This document shows positions 12,300 to 24,790 of a stretch of DNA of 64,000 nt, one piece after another. Each line of letters starts with the position of its first letter. Positions within the stretch are counted from its first letter, which is position 1. A model generated the notes under the pieces. It was not told the origin of the DNA. It saw nothing but the letters and a program-made list of their open reading frames with translations, and did not search any database. The stretch spans positions 310,001 through 374,000 of the forward strand of contig JAYWIR010000025.1 of NCBI GenBank assembly GCA_036172245.1. The letters are read 5' to 3'. Source of the stretch: Raillietiella orientalis. Its lineage: Eukaryota. The position numbers and the translations under genes were made by a program.

Positions 12300-15265
12300 T
12301 GAACGAAAAAAAAAAAAGAGTGCTGCGGATATCTCGTATAGAATCGGACATTTGAAGATAATTTGATGAATTTCACAAGTTGTGCTTCCATGAAGTGTTT
12401 TCCAACTGCCAAATAATTGGATACGGAAAGGAAAGTCAAAGAAGCTTTGCTGGCGTTGTTTAGAAAGGCACTTTTAGATCTCGTAACAAAAGAATCGTAG
12501 AATTAGCTAGCCGTGCAAGACCTAGAGAGAGAGATGAAATCGTTCTTATGTATTTAAACAACGCGCTGAGGAGGATTATTAGATGAAAAATACTTACCTG
12601 ATCCACATCCGAATATGTCATGACTGCAGTTCTAATCAATTCCCTTTTTCCTCAAGGAATATCCACAGCCAACTCTGGCAGACATTCTGTTCAAATAAAT
12701 CTCGCACTTTAGTCGGCTCCCTGTACGTATACATTTTTTCCTTTTGTTCTGCTTATTGACTCATGGAAAATAAGACGGGGTGATGCCCAGTGCGCCTACA
12801 AGTGGCATTCCAAACCCATGAGGACCGGCCGAATCGCATATCTGTGGTGCTTGGCGAGATCCGATCCAAGTTTCCTTCAAACTCGAAGGTGCGCAAAACA
12901 TTTGCAACTTGAGCTGCTTCCGATCTTAATGGCACCTCGAACGGAGTCGAGGTGCCATTAAGAACAAGCCGATTATTTCCGGAAAGGACGGGGTAAAATA
13001 TTTAAAGCATTTTTTTTCCCCTCATCGGATCATTAATGAAATCCCTGGACCGAACTGGTGGTCTCAGAAGCGATGGTGGCAGAGTCGACAGCACCTATGG
13101 ATGCTCCGGACCCACGAGTCATCAGTAACAATTCGCCCTCGGGCAATTTACATCTTCGGGCTCGGGCTCCTGCTCTAAGCGACTATTTCTTACATCCTAA
13201 GCTTCCACAAGAAATGCCAGCTGGCCTGGAAAATTTGCTACAGTGAAAGGAGAAGCAAAAAGACTTTCGCGACTTACGCAAACTTTTCGCGCCACGCCAT
13301 TCCAAAATGTTTGGAAATGCGATCTATTTATTCCATCCATTCAGCCGATTAAAGAGTGACATCAGAAATTGTATGCGATGGTTAATCTCAGCAAATGTGC
13401 CCGTCGTGGGAGGGTTGGTTGGCTTTAGCGACTTCGTTAACTTTCGGTCATCCGTTTCCTTGCTCATATTCTTCCCGAAAGAGCTCCTTCTTGCGCTTCT
13501 TGTAAGAAGGAAACGAAGGCTTTGCGTCCGCTGCACCTCCTTTCATCGCATGCAGAACATGCGATTCTCCCCGGGAAAGCTCTGTGAGCTGCACTCTTCT
13601 GCTCCTAACGCCCTCAGCTTTTATGGCTACATCACCGGGACGACAGCCGTGGAAGCTTGAACCCTTTTTCCAGCATCATTATTGAGCTGCTCTTGGTCAC
13701 TCGTTCTCAAGAGCAAGAAGAATCACGTGCGGACGACGATACTTGCCGACACGACCTTTACAGCAACATCTTTGGCTCACGATGCCTTCGTGACCCTTGA
13801 GTTTTCCTCTGAGACATGACGCATTCAGAAGAGAGAAGCAAAATTCCCATACATGTGGCAGATTCCTCAGGAAAACTGCAATGCCGGGTCCATTAGCAAA
13901 GAGAAGCAGTGACACGAAATCGCGAGTATGTCATTCCATCTATCTACTTCATCTCCCTGGATAAAAAGATGGACGGCGATGGCTTTCGCACTTGGGGCTA
14001 TCCAGAATCCCAACGGCGTGAAGTGTTAAACGGATGTTGACCCCCGTATTGATTTGCAAACTTGGAATGAGAAACTTAAGAGGGCAAATTCTCAAACTCC
14101 GCTTCCATCCAGCAACCGGCATAGTCCCGTGGGTGGCGAAGACGTGGTCTTTTGGGCATTTGCCGTCTCTCCTGGGTGCAAAAGACTCAAGGCTCCAGTG
14201 CCACTTGTAAGCCCACAACGATTTTACGTTTTTTACTGTCTACCTCATCGGTGGTACTTTGGTCGGCATTTAGCTTAGTGGTCTTCACATACATGGAGGT
14301 TCTCATTGGTGGTACTTTGGTGCGATGGGGACACGTGATGCCAGTATCGACATCACGGTGAAATGAGGAACAGCAGTGAGGGGGATAGGCTAATGTCCTC
14401 CTTCGGTATCCGATACTTGCTTGCTGGCTACGAACAGAACTTTAGTTTTGATTACCTCGCTTCTAGTCACCCCTGAACGGATCAACCACCCCCATGGGTC
14501 GGCATACTCTTAACTTCCTGCAAACTTTGGTCCGCATTCCCGCGAACATAGGTTTTCAAATTATCGCCGCCATCGCTTCGGAAAAAGAGCAGAAACTCAA
14601 ACTGGCCATCGCTTTCAGGGCTTGTTCCTTCGAGAAAACCACCAGCTGATGCCCACGCTCGATTTGGTCGAAGCATTCACTTGAAAAATTCACAGCCAAC
14701 GCACAACAGAGAAAGAATAAAATACCTTCTTCAGGAACTCTAAGCAGGAAATGCAGTATTGGAGAATTTTTTCCAAATTGTTTTCAAGTGCCATCCTTGA
14801 CTTCTTCTGGATGGGAAAGCTCCAGAATTCAGCCAACCAGCCAGCCGACAGCTTCTTTGTGATGCGTTGCGGAGTTTCTGCCAAAGCTCTCCGCATCACG
14901 TGATTCAGCAATCTGATCTGTTATAGGTGTGCAAGAAGTTGGTCCTATTATAGTGTGGATACAATTCGTGGAAAAGACAGTGTCTAAAGGTGCTGAACTC
15001 TCTAAGATAAAAACGGTTCAGGCTTCCAGTTCAAAACGCAATTTCATGCGCTTATCCCGCAAAGAGATCCTATGGAACATCTTTCTGTCTGCTCTGCAAA
15101 CCGTTCCACAACCGAATTCAAGGCTGCGTGAGTTCTTCCTTACCTGATCCACATCCGAACTGATCCATTGCTCGAGTTGGTTCAACGAAGAATGAAGCTG
15201 GTAGTGAACGAAGGCTGGACACAGCTTGAGCTCGAAGTTAAACTCCGTGGATGAGACCCTCGTCT
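12300..15265 (-). pseudogene. Multi-RGS-domain gene remnant with introns
   Basis: Several RGS-like starts (LFANGPGIAVFLRNL, FINDPMREKKCFKYF, FLEGTSPE..FEFL), middles (NLKTYVRGNA, PELAVDIP*GKRELI) and ends (FAEINHRIQFLM, FMEAQ, KILQYCISCLEFLK). CAG|GTAAG donors near 12597 and 15143. Confidence 0.45.
12924..12963. repeat. Perfect 17-bp inverted repeat with 6-nt loop
   Basis: tcttaatggcacctcga-acggag-tcgaggtgccattaaga. Confidence 0.95.
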
Positions 15266-15356
15266 TGGGAGAGAAAAAAAATAAAAAGAGGAGGAAATAG
15301 AGAAGCACAAGATTGAAGACTATTTCTCGATATTATCTGGAAGTTTTACTGTCAGA

Positions 15357-15435
15357 AGTCCACGGCACCCGGACTTGTCAGGTGGTCGCCCATCCAGGTA
15401 CTAACCGGGCCCGACGCTGCTCAACTTAGTCGATT
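15357..15435 (-). pseudogene. 5'-truncated 5S rRNA copy (3' two-thirds)
   Basis: Reverse complement reads aatcgactaagttgagcagcgtcgggcccggttagtacctggatgggcgaccacctgacaagtccgggtgccgtggact, matching the eukaryotic 5S box A to box C region and 3' end. The upstream sequence does not resemble the 5S 5' end. Confidence 0.85.
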
Positions 15436-16479
15436 GCCGATTACAGAGCGGCAGTTCCTCCTTCACCGGATCTGGCTCCACCACTTAACTAAGTTTTCTG
15501 CTGCAGCTCCTCTCCTAGCTGTTCCTCAGCACCCTCGCCTTACAGCAGTGGGATAGTTCTGCTCCGATCACACGTCCCGATTCTGGCACAGGTACCGCCG
15601 AAGCAGGTGCCCATTGCACCAACTGCGTGTCCCGGACCGTTCCAGTGCTGGGGAAGAACCAAGCAATGAGAGCAGGTGACTGGAAGGAATGAGATGAAAC
15701 CTCTAAACCAATTTCGTGGCTCAGAGGGGCTATGGACTGAGAACAAGAAGGTTGAATTTTTCTGTTTCTCTTCCATACTGCTCCACCGCAGAGGTAGACA
15801 ACATGGTGCTACCTCTACGGTGGAAACGGAGTGTCCTCCTGCTTCTGCACTGGGGATCCTGGTGCAACCAGCGTGAACAGCTGGTTTCCGGGGGAGTTGC
15901 CTTCCCTAACTGTTTAAGGCGATGAGGGGCGGTCGAATCGTTTCTGCTGCACCTCTTGATGGACTGCAGTGCCCTCGAGAACATGTGGCAGTGGCGCTCC
16001 CCCACACTGAGGCCACCACCAAGTAGTTGCTGCAGCGATTTGTCACGCAAGGAGGGGGGGGAGGGCCTTACGGCGGGTGCTGCGATTGGAGCCAAACGCT
16101 GCCTCCGCGCCATTCCCACAGCTCGCTCCGTGATGGAGTCCGGTTCGCTGCGAAGGAAGGCCACTCGAATGGCAGCTCCCTTGATGAGGACAGCTGCAAG
16201 ATGACCTCACCTGCAGGAAGAAGTCGTCAGGGAGATCGTTCCACCATCTACAGTCTCTGTCGGGAAGGAAGGAACGTACCATACCAAAGATCCCTGACCC
16301 CACCCTCCCGTTCCGGATTTCTTTACAAGCCGGGCCTGCGTGCCGGTGGTAAGTCCCTGTGAACTTATTTTTTTGTGTGTTGTTATTGTTGTTCCTGTCT
16401 TCTGGAAACTCATCTCCCAGTGACTAGCATCTTAAAATAAACGCTCCGGTGTCGCTGTGTTAAAAACATTCCTAAGCAG

Positions 16480-16960
16480 CATCACCTGTTTCTTCTTTGA
16501 TATGGCAATCAGGTCCGCCTCCTGTCGAAAGAGAACCTTTCTTCTCCGCTCTCTTCGAAGCAGCCTAAACTGATGGTGCTTCAGAATTTCTCTTTTGTCC
16601 GGCCGGCTTGGGCGGAAAGCGTGTCTCTTCTTCGTGACCTCGTGATGCGGATGCGACTCCACGGCCAACTTCACATTCTTCATGTCCGTATCTTTTACTC
16701 GAGCTTCCAGGGACATCCTACAAGGTCTGCGGCTTCCTCGGAATCGACACGACGTTCCATTAGAAGAGTCATGCGTCGTCTCGGCCCTTCCTCGAATTAC
16801 CACTCATCTTCCCTCGCTGCATGGAGCCTCATTTTTTCCAGTTCCTGCCAGCTTAAGGCCTTTTCTGTCTTTGATAAAGAGGTGCTACCAGCGCGTAGCA
16901 TGCGAAGGTGCTTCCGGATGAGCTCTGATCCGACGTTTCTTTCCACTGTGCCTCTCGTGC
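16480..16960 (-). pseudogene. PH domain remnant (spectrin/EFA6-like)
   Basis: ELIRKH...KALSW followed by MKNVKLAV..EVTKKRHAFR..PDKREIL (cf. L.RKH...SW and YTKKKHVFRL). Confidence 0.3.
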
Positions 16961-18169
16961 AAGTTGCACGTTCTCAGCTGCTGATTGGAAAAAAAAAATG
17001 CCTCGAGCCATTTTAGAGGATTCAGCGTCCTCGCCATCCTTAATGCAGTCAGCAGCCCCCGTTCCTTAGAGAACAGCGTGCCAGGATTTGAGCCGCTTTC
17101 TTTCCGCTTCCTCTTTAGCCAAATGATGACTGCTTATCGAAGGCGATGATTGGTCGCGACAGCAAGTGTTCTGTGTTCATTCATAAGAAAATCGCGACCG
17201 TATTTGAGGAAGGGGAGGATGAAGTGGGAGGAAAGGAAGCTGCGGGTGCTGATTTCAGACCGATTACTCGCACACCTAGCCGAGTGACCGAACTGACCGA
17301 TCAGTCATCTAAATCCCCGATAAAAGGATTCGGAGCAGGTACTTCGCTTGCGCGGCCTTTAACGTCGCAGATGGGTGTCTCCTCTGCTGCTGAGGTTGTC
17401 AGAGAGGAACCCGCTCTTGCGAAGCGCGCGCACGTGTAACACGCACGAGTTCCTAAAGGGTTTCCCACGAATAATCGTTCGTTACTCTCTCTTTCTTGCA
17501 AGCATGTCAGTCGCCACGCCGCAAGTCGACTCTCCCTGCAGACTGGCAAGAAGGGGACGTCGCTCAGAAAGAAAGCAACAGCTGACTCGGAGTCCCCTCC
17601 CCCCCGCCCTTCGTGTACGCATGTAACCCCGCTACCAGGCAGTTTGGGGCGCTGCTGGCAAGATCTCCCCCGAGAGCGCGTGAACGTGAGACGCTGCTTG
17701 CCTCTTCGGACGCAACCTCTGGAACCAACGCTCGTTTTCCCGAGGCTCGAAGACGCCATCCATGGAGACCAATTTCGAGAGGTGTCGAGTGGGGAGGAAG
17801 TGAACCGGCGGAAAATCTCATCTCCGATCGACTCTTCTGCTTGCGTTCGCTCACAAGATTCCCCTCCTCCCCCTCCCCTTCCCATCTGGAGGCTGCTGGC
17901 ATCCTGCCAGAGTCTTTCCCCGTCAGAAAAGGTGCTGCCGGCGAGCGGAAGAAGAAGGAAAGGAAGATAATGAATATACAAGGTGAAATTCTGGAACGCT
18001 GTCGGATTCTTGGAGTTGGTAATAGCGTTTGATGTTAGAGATGGTCTGGAGTCGTAAAGCAATCCAAGTGGCAGCAATAATTGCATTCTGTTCCGGGTTG
18101 TTAAAGGGGATAACCCGCTCGGGGTTATGAAGGTCCCGTGGTAATCGCGAACCCACTTGAAAGGATTCT

Positions 18170-21100
18170 TGATGCAGGAGTTGATGACCGCGGGATAGAC
18201 TTCGGACGCATCTTCAGCGGGAGGTAGGAATCTGACGGAAACGTTTATGAGACGCTCTCATTGATGGCTTCCGGAACAGGATTGCCCGAGCTGGGTTACG
18301 CGGATCACAGGAATCGCCATCATCGGTGCGTGAGCCATTAGGAGATCCGAAAATTTCCTCGTCCTCATTTCTCCACCGACTCTTCCCGCTTTATCCACAG
18401 CGACCTCGGGTCGACCGCAGCGCAAGAGGTCCAAAGAGCCACCCAAAACCCAGGGTCGCAGTCGCGCTGAAGGCCGTTGGACGTCGGCTATCCCTCTCCC
18501 TCCCTCTCTACTTCTCGCAAGCTGATCTCCACCGACGAGGTCGCCTTCGTTCATTTCATCTGTGAGACCTGGCGAGCCCTAAAGTGGCAGTTTAATATGT
18601 GTGCGGAGTAATCTAAAGTGACCAACGGCCAGCCTGCCGCTTCCGCATGTCGTTGCCACATTCCTCCTTCTTCTGCCACCTACTGTATCTGCGAGTTCCG
18701 GAATTTTCGTTCCAGGATGGGAGGAGGTTGCATTGGATGGATGTGTGCCCACTCGAGACGGGTCCATTTCGCCTCGATGTCATCACGCGCGCAACCTTCA
18801 TCACGTGGCAGCAGAAGCACCTCTGCTTTGATCAAACCTTTCCTCCCTCCACTGCCCAGCTTTTGTTTTTGTTTTTCGTGGGCTCCCCGGGTCCCCGCGC
18901 GATCTACGTTTTCGATCGAACCAGATGCCTGGTCGCCTTTCAAGAGTTGGTGGAGCTGGTGAAGAGTTGGTGTCTTTTGTTTTGTTTTGTTTTTACACCC
19001 AAGATGGAAATGAATTTGCGGAGGTCACGAGGTTTTTGCGAAAGCAGCTCTCCCCCTTCACCGGAAGGAAACGGAAGTCATGAAAGCAACGCCTTCCCCT
19101 TTCCGGTTCGTGCCAGGAGAACTCCCTGCGTCGCTTACCCCGTCGTCACGTTCACCGTTCACTAGAGAGTAAACTGATCTTCCCTGGGCTCGAGCTCTCG
19201 TTGTCGGAGAAGTAGGTCCTTCCTGATGTTCCTCGGGTGCGTGGAGACCTGGTCGTCGATGCCTTTTTTTTTTTTTTTCTTTTGAAAACAGCCTCTTCGT
19301 TCCCCTCTAAACATCCTTCCTTTCGCCTTCAGCACGCAAATGAAGAAACAGGGATGGATGGGTTTCTAATAATAGGAACTCAACTCCCCAGTCTGATGTT
19401 TCGGCTTCAGATTTTGGTTCACCAGCGCGGGTTAATTTTCGAGCTGCTTCCAACTCACAGAGAGGTCATCGAGGGACATTCCATCCTCAGAGAAGAGCTT
19501 GATTCCCACTTGGCTGTGCTCCATTTGACACTTCGAGAAAGCGTTTCTTCCTCCTGCTTGTCTGAAACGGTAAGGCGCGTCTTCTAAAGGTGAAGTCCCA
19601 TTCTTCTCTCTCGAAATGAGCTGCAGAATAATCCCTTGGTTCGCCGATCAGCCTCGAGGACGGGTTTTCGAGTTTCCGGCGCATCTGTCGGCTTCTGATG
19701 GCACAAGAGGACGCATGGTATCACCTCTCTTGGTGCCAGGGCTGTTCATCTCTACCAAGAGAAGCTGCATCTTCATTTGCTTACCACTGGCAGGACCAAG
19801 TACCGTTGTCTCTGGAGTCTCAGGGTTCTCTTTTAGTCTTGGACTCTCTGTCTTCTTCAGTAAAATCAGCCCTGGAGGCTTCCATGACCCTCTTTATACC
19901 GGTTTTTTTTACGTTTGCTGAAATGGATGAGCTGAGCTAGCTGCCGGAGAAACGTGCGAATTCCACAAGGCCAAGAGTCCCATCCTCAAGGCAGCTGCGG
20001 ACTCCAAAGCGACGAAATTGCTCGCTCAAACGGCTCGACGACCTTCTTCGCTGCAGAGATGAACGCCCAGTTTCTGTACATGGAGCCACGCTCCGTGGAT
20101 CGCAGCTGATTCGCAGCCGGTTCCTTCGAGATTTGCTAATTGCAGGGACGCGAAGGCACGAAGGAAAGTTGCCACCGTTTTACCACTTTCTTCCGCAGTT
20201 CTGAAGGTCCTCCATTTACGATGAGGCAGATCCGATGCTTCCAGTACACGTCCTGGGAATATTGTGCGTTCGGGACCATTATTCCTGATGTGCTCCCCTT
20301 GATTCTCGGCATCTTTCACTTCTTTCCGCACGTCATCACTTCACGGATGCCGGTACTGAAGAGATCCTATCACAGCTCCTCTGTAAATAGGAAGCACTCG
20401 GAGCCCAAGTGACGAGCCAAGCTACGGTTGCCCTCCTTCTGCTTCGCCGCTGCGTAGCCGTCGCGGAATACTCAAACGGGCTTGTGACCTCCCCTCATGA
20501 TTGTCTTCCCTTCGCATCAAACCTGGCATCAGCTTTAGAATTGCTCCCGAAATACCCTGGTTGGCAGCTTACTAGCAACCCCCCCAGGGATTCGTGACCT
20601 GGGTCAGCAGCACACGTCGTATCTCTCTGCAGACATGGTCTGGTTGCTTAAACATTTCTTTAGGATCCAACCTAGCGATCCTTTTCATCTTTTCCGCGGA
20701 AGGAGGAGCGAGGAAGTATTCCAAGTCTCATCCTTATATCGCGGAAAATGTGATCCTCTCGAAAGATGCTTACTTCCTCGAAAGATACGGAGCCGTAAGC
20801 TGCGCTTCCAGAGCCGCGATCACAAAATCGTTCAAGGTTTCAGGATAGACGTTTTTCCCTTACCGAGTTCTCACCGAGGTTAGCATCAAGACAAGAATTC
20901 AAAACGTATTCAGCCCCACATATCAGAACAGACGCTCGCAGATGTTTTCGCAAGGGGCCATCTTCCCAGCTGCTCCAGAAGGGAGACACTGCATCCTTGA
21001 TCGCCTGCTGATCTTGGCAGGCATCTCAGGCAATGGATCCAGTATGCTTGGCGGCTGTGCCCTTTGTCGGATCGCACCCATCCTCCTGTTTGTGCGCTCC

Positions 21101-21230
21101 GTGCATCCCTCGGGCACAAGTGAGAGTCCCTGCGTTACCCGGCCTGCCCTGGAATCCAAGACTCCCTAGAAATCCAGAGACCGACTCCGCACCAGCGCCA
21201 GTGACCCTCTGCTCCGAAAAATTCAGGAGA
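18170..21230 (-). pseudogene. CARMIL-type LRR plus TKL/tyrosine-kinase-like gene remnant
   Basis: PETLNDFVIAALE (cf. CARMIL RELNLQDF...IIAALE), LRR-like KTVATFLRAFASLQLANLEG, then kinase-like QVGIKLFSEDGMSLDD (subdomain II), HPMQPPPILERKF (VI), RLAVGHFRL (VII) and PLKMRP (XI). Heavily frameshifted. Confidence 0.4.
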
Positions 21231-22299
21231 TGAGGTACTCTCCTCTCCTTCTTTTGTCGGGCTGCGCACAAAGGACAGGAACAGTCGAGTAGAAGGCCTG
21301 ATTGTTCTCTGGAGTTCAGCTCTGACCCTCTTGTGCTGGTCTACCGGAGGTCATCAGTTCCCATTTGTTTCCGCGTCGTCTCTTTTTAATTTGGTTCACT
21401 TATTATTGTACTTCTTGACGACGAGACCAGATTTTCTCACGCAATGATTTAAGAATGCGTGGAAGTGACTCCTCTCACGTCATAAATCTTCCGCTGCATG
21501 CGACCTGCACCGTTTCACGTGGGTCCCGCTCGTGTGCGCAGTGAGTTTAGGCGGACAGGGTGAGACAGGCGCGCATAGGGAACCCTCACATGATCTCCGA
21601 TAAGCAAGAAATGGCTCAGAGAGAGGCACTGTCGAGCGCAGGGCACGGCCTTCTCGAAATCTAGACGCTTCTCGGCAAGAGTACACCACGCCAACTTGCT
21701 CTGAGGCGTGTGTGAACGCCGAAGTTAAATTTTTATGCCTCACGTTGCTATTGAAGGCGGGACTCCGACCGTTGTTTTCAATTCCGTCTCTCAAAAGGGT
21801 TCAGAAGCCTGCATGAGGCAACATGCTTGATGACATGCCATCGAGATACCTGGTATATCACTGCTTTGCTTGCTGCACTTTCCGGACGTGTCGTCAGCCA
21901 CTGATGTACGGTATGGCTTCTCAATGGACCACCCTTTTTTTGTCAAGGAGTCAAAGCATTAGCGATTTCAATCACAGAGAGTTCCTTCTCTTGTAGCAGA
22001 AGACATGCGTATCTTGTTAACTCTAGAGAGAGAATTCGGTTGGATGGGCAGATTTTCTTTCTTTGCTCTCTTCAGTAGCTGCGTTTTTTTCTCTCTCTCT
22101 CTCTAATCATAAGAAAGCGTACATGTTCCGAATTAGAGAAGCACTGCGTGTTCACCATTTATCATTCTTGCCGTTGAGAGTCAGATGAAGAGTAGCTTCT
22201 AGGTCATCAATGCAAATGTTCTTCGCGCCTTGCTGTTTGCAGTTCCATGCACAAAGGTGTGACTCGCCTTTGTCGTGTAGTTCCGAGATTTGATGGTGC

Positions 22300-24790
22300 T
22301 AGGTGGAACTCCTCATCCAGAAAGGCAACAGACATCTCATGAACTTCTGCACTCCCCCTTTTTCCATCTGGAAGGACTGTCCAAGATGTGCTGCTGCCCG
22401 AGAACCCGTTGCTGTTCTAGAAAAGCGACAACACCAACACTTTCGTACGGTAGGTTTCCATTGTCTGAGAGATGAAGCTACCGAAAACTTCAAGAGGAAC
22501 ACTTTTTTTGGGTGTTTGGGATGAAAAGCCAAACTCTTCAAAAGTGTCTAGCCGGGATGCACTTTTAATATCTGTACCATAAAAAGGAATGAACAGATCA
22601 TTTCATAGCGAAAAAATTCACGAGTTGCGCAGTTTTGGGAGTGTCTGTCGGTTCTCTGCGTGAGGTGAGGATTTCTGATCCTGCAGCTGCTTCAGGGGAT
22701 CAGTTTCAGGTGTATTACCTCTTCATTTGCGGAAGCTCAGTACTTCCAGTGAGGAACGGGCATCAACAGCAAGATAGTGTCGGATCCTGATAACCCGGAA
22801 ATTGCCACAAGGTTGAAAAGAAATACCCCAAGCCATCCCTAAGGCCGACTATATCGAACTCTCGTTAGATTGAATAGGCCCTTTGAGCGGTCCACAGCGA
22901 GGTTTTGATCTGATCTCTGCCTTCAGCTCCGCAAAGGCTCCGAAAATTATGGGTTTCGATACTGCTAGAACGAAAACTTGATGTGCTCTTGAAAACAGCA
23001 CGCTGAGCTTGAAGAGAAAAATCAATGGGATGAACCAACCCGGTAGCTGAAAAGAATTGAGGAATTACATGAGTTCCTGAGCGGAAACACACATGGCATT
23101 AGCATGGTTACGCTAATCATCGTGAACGTTTTTTGAGCACTAAACGAGCACGAACAGAACTAAAGGATTGTTTGAACCAAAGACTGGTTCGGAAGCGCTC
23201 TTACTCGAAACTTAGCTTCATGAATAAAAGATGAAATCAAATACACCTCGAGGACCAGGAGATTCTGGAGAGTGAGTGACTTCTAAATGCACGCGCAAAA
23301 CGCAAGAAAACCTCAAGGACGTTCGCGAAAAGCTGCCCCCCCCTCCTTCTCCTCTTTTCCCCCAAAGTTCTGCATATGAAAATCGCCGATTGCACTTCGG
23401 AGCTCTTCGTTTGGAGAGCAACGCAAATGACTGGGGTACTGATGCCCTGCGAAGAATGCCCAAGTACAAGGCATAATGAACGCGACAAAAGGAGAGGATG
23501 CCCTTAAGAGATCCTTCGTGCAGATCATTCCGAATGGATGACTCGAGGAGTTCAAAGTAAACAACCCTTGTGTAAAAGGAAAACTATGATTTCCTTATAT
23601 GCCTGGATGCAGCCTGTGAGGCTCAAACCGAAGGATGCTTATAAAGATGTGATGAGCGAAAGCAGAAGCAGAAACAGAATTTTCCAAAGCATGCACATCC
23701 TGATGGTTCTGATAAGTTGCTTCGCAGATTGGGGGGAAAAAAAATCTAGCAAAACACTCTTTGCGTGTTTCCCACAGAGTTCGAAACCCCATGTCGTCTT
23801 GAGGGCAATTCAGGGAAAGTCCAGATCAAGAGGGAGGAAGTTTCGTCAGAGAGCAGTGCAAGTCATCCCTCTGACTTTATATCCTCTGCATTTAGCACAA
23901 ATTTTAGCAATCCAAAGTAACTCCTGCAAATCAGGCGGTGGTGGAGGAATTCAAAGCTGGAATATCTGTGTAGATACAGGAGGATGGATGCTCTTAGGAA
24001 CGTGTCCAGGGAACCCACAAACCATGCCAAAACGCGATTGAGTAGATTGGTTGAAATCAGATGAAAGAACGACGATTTCTCATCAAGATCACTTCAGAGA
24101 CGAGGAGCTCCGATGAATGAAGACTTTGGATGAGTTTGGCGTTCGCAGCGTTCGCTTAAGATGAGGTGGGTGCGTTACTTAGAAACAGCTACATTCCTTC
24201 GGAAACACCAGATGGAGCTGGGTGGTGACGCAAAGCTCCTCATTTAGATGGGGCGTTGGTGTTTGAAGAAAATAATGTGCAAAAAAGGATGCTGATTACG
24301 AAAGAACGCAAAGCGAATGAGTTACCAAATAAAATTACCGCTTTCTCTCCAGGAACAAAGGTCTTCAGTTCACAATCATCGTGAGGAAACTCCACGCAGG
24401 AAATGCAGTGCAAGAGGATGTTTGCTATTTTCATCAATAGAGATGGAGCGATTTTTTTATAGACCACTTGTTGACCTTCCAGAAATGGAATTGGAAAATG
24501 GAAGCATTTGCCAGTTTCGTTTTCGTTCATTCATTTGCATTCGGTCCAATAAAGCATTCCAGAAAGCAAGGAAATTTTACGATAAAATTTGGAGAGCAAA
24601 AAGAACAAAGTGTAGGAAAAATGTTGTTAAGATGAGTAATCAAATATGACGACGAAGCAAAATATTAGTAACGTAGTAGATAACAAGGAAGATGGATGAT
24701 TAAGTTAGTTGATGAGAAAGATAATAAAGAAGTAAAAAATATATATAATAGATCGTATAGAATAGATAATAAAAAAATAGAAAAGTCAAA
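22300..24790 (+). mobile_element. Old AT-richer LINE ORF2 (RT to 3' UTR) remnant
   Basis: LSLD..AFER near 22860, KIMGF, DVRE..CPPPSPLF near 23320, SRGRK..IPLTLYP, KSGGGG, KIWRAKR, then an A-rich tail with AATAAA (about 24650-24790). Confidence 0.55.

Noticed and set aside
12590..12600. atacttacctg, identical to the U1 snRNA 5' end
   Set aside because: The downstream sequence is not U1-like; it is simply the complement of a consensus splice donor on the minus strand.
14244..14321. 20-bp direct repeat (ctcatYggtggtactttggt) at 58-bp spacing, CRISPR-like geometry
   Set aside because: Only two units, no cas genes, eukaryotic context.
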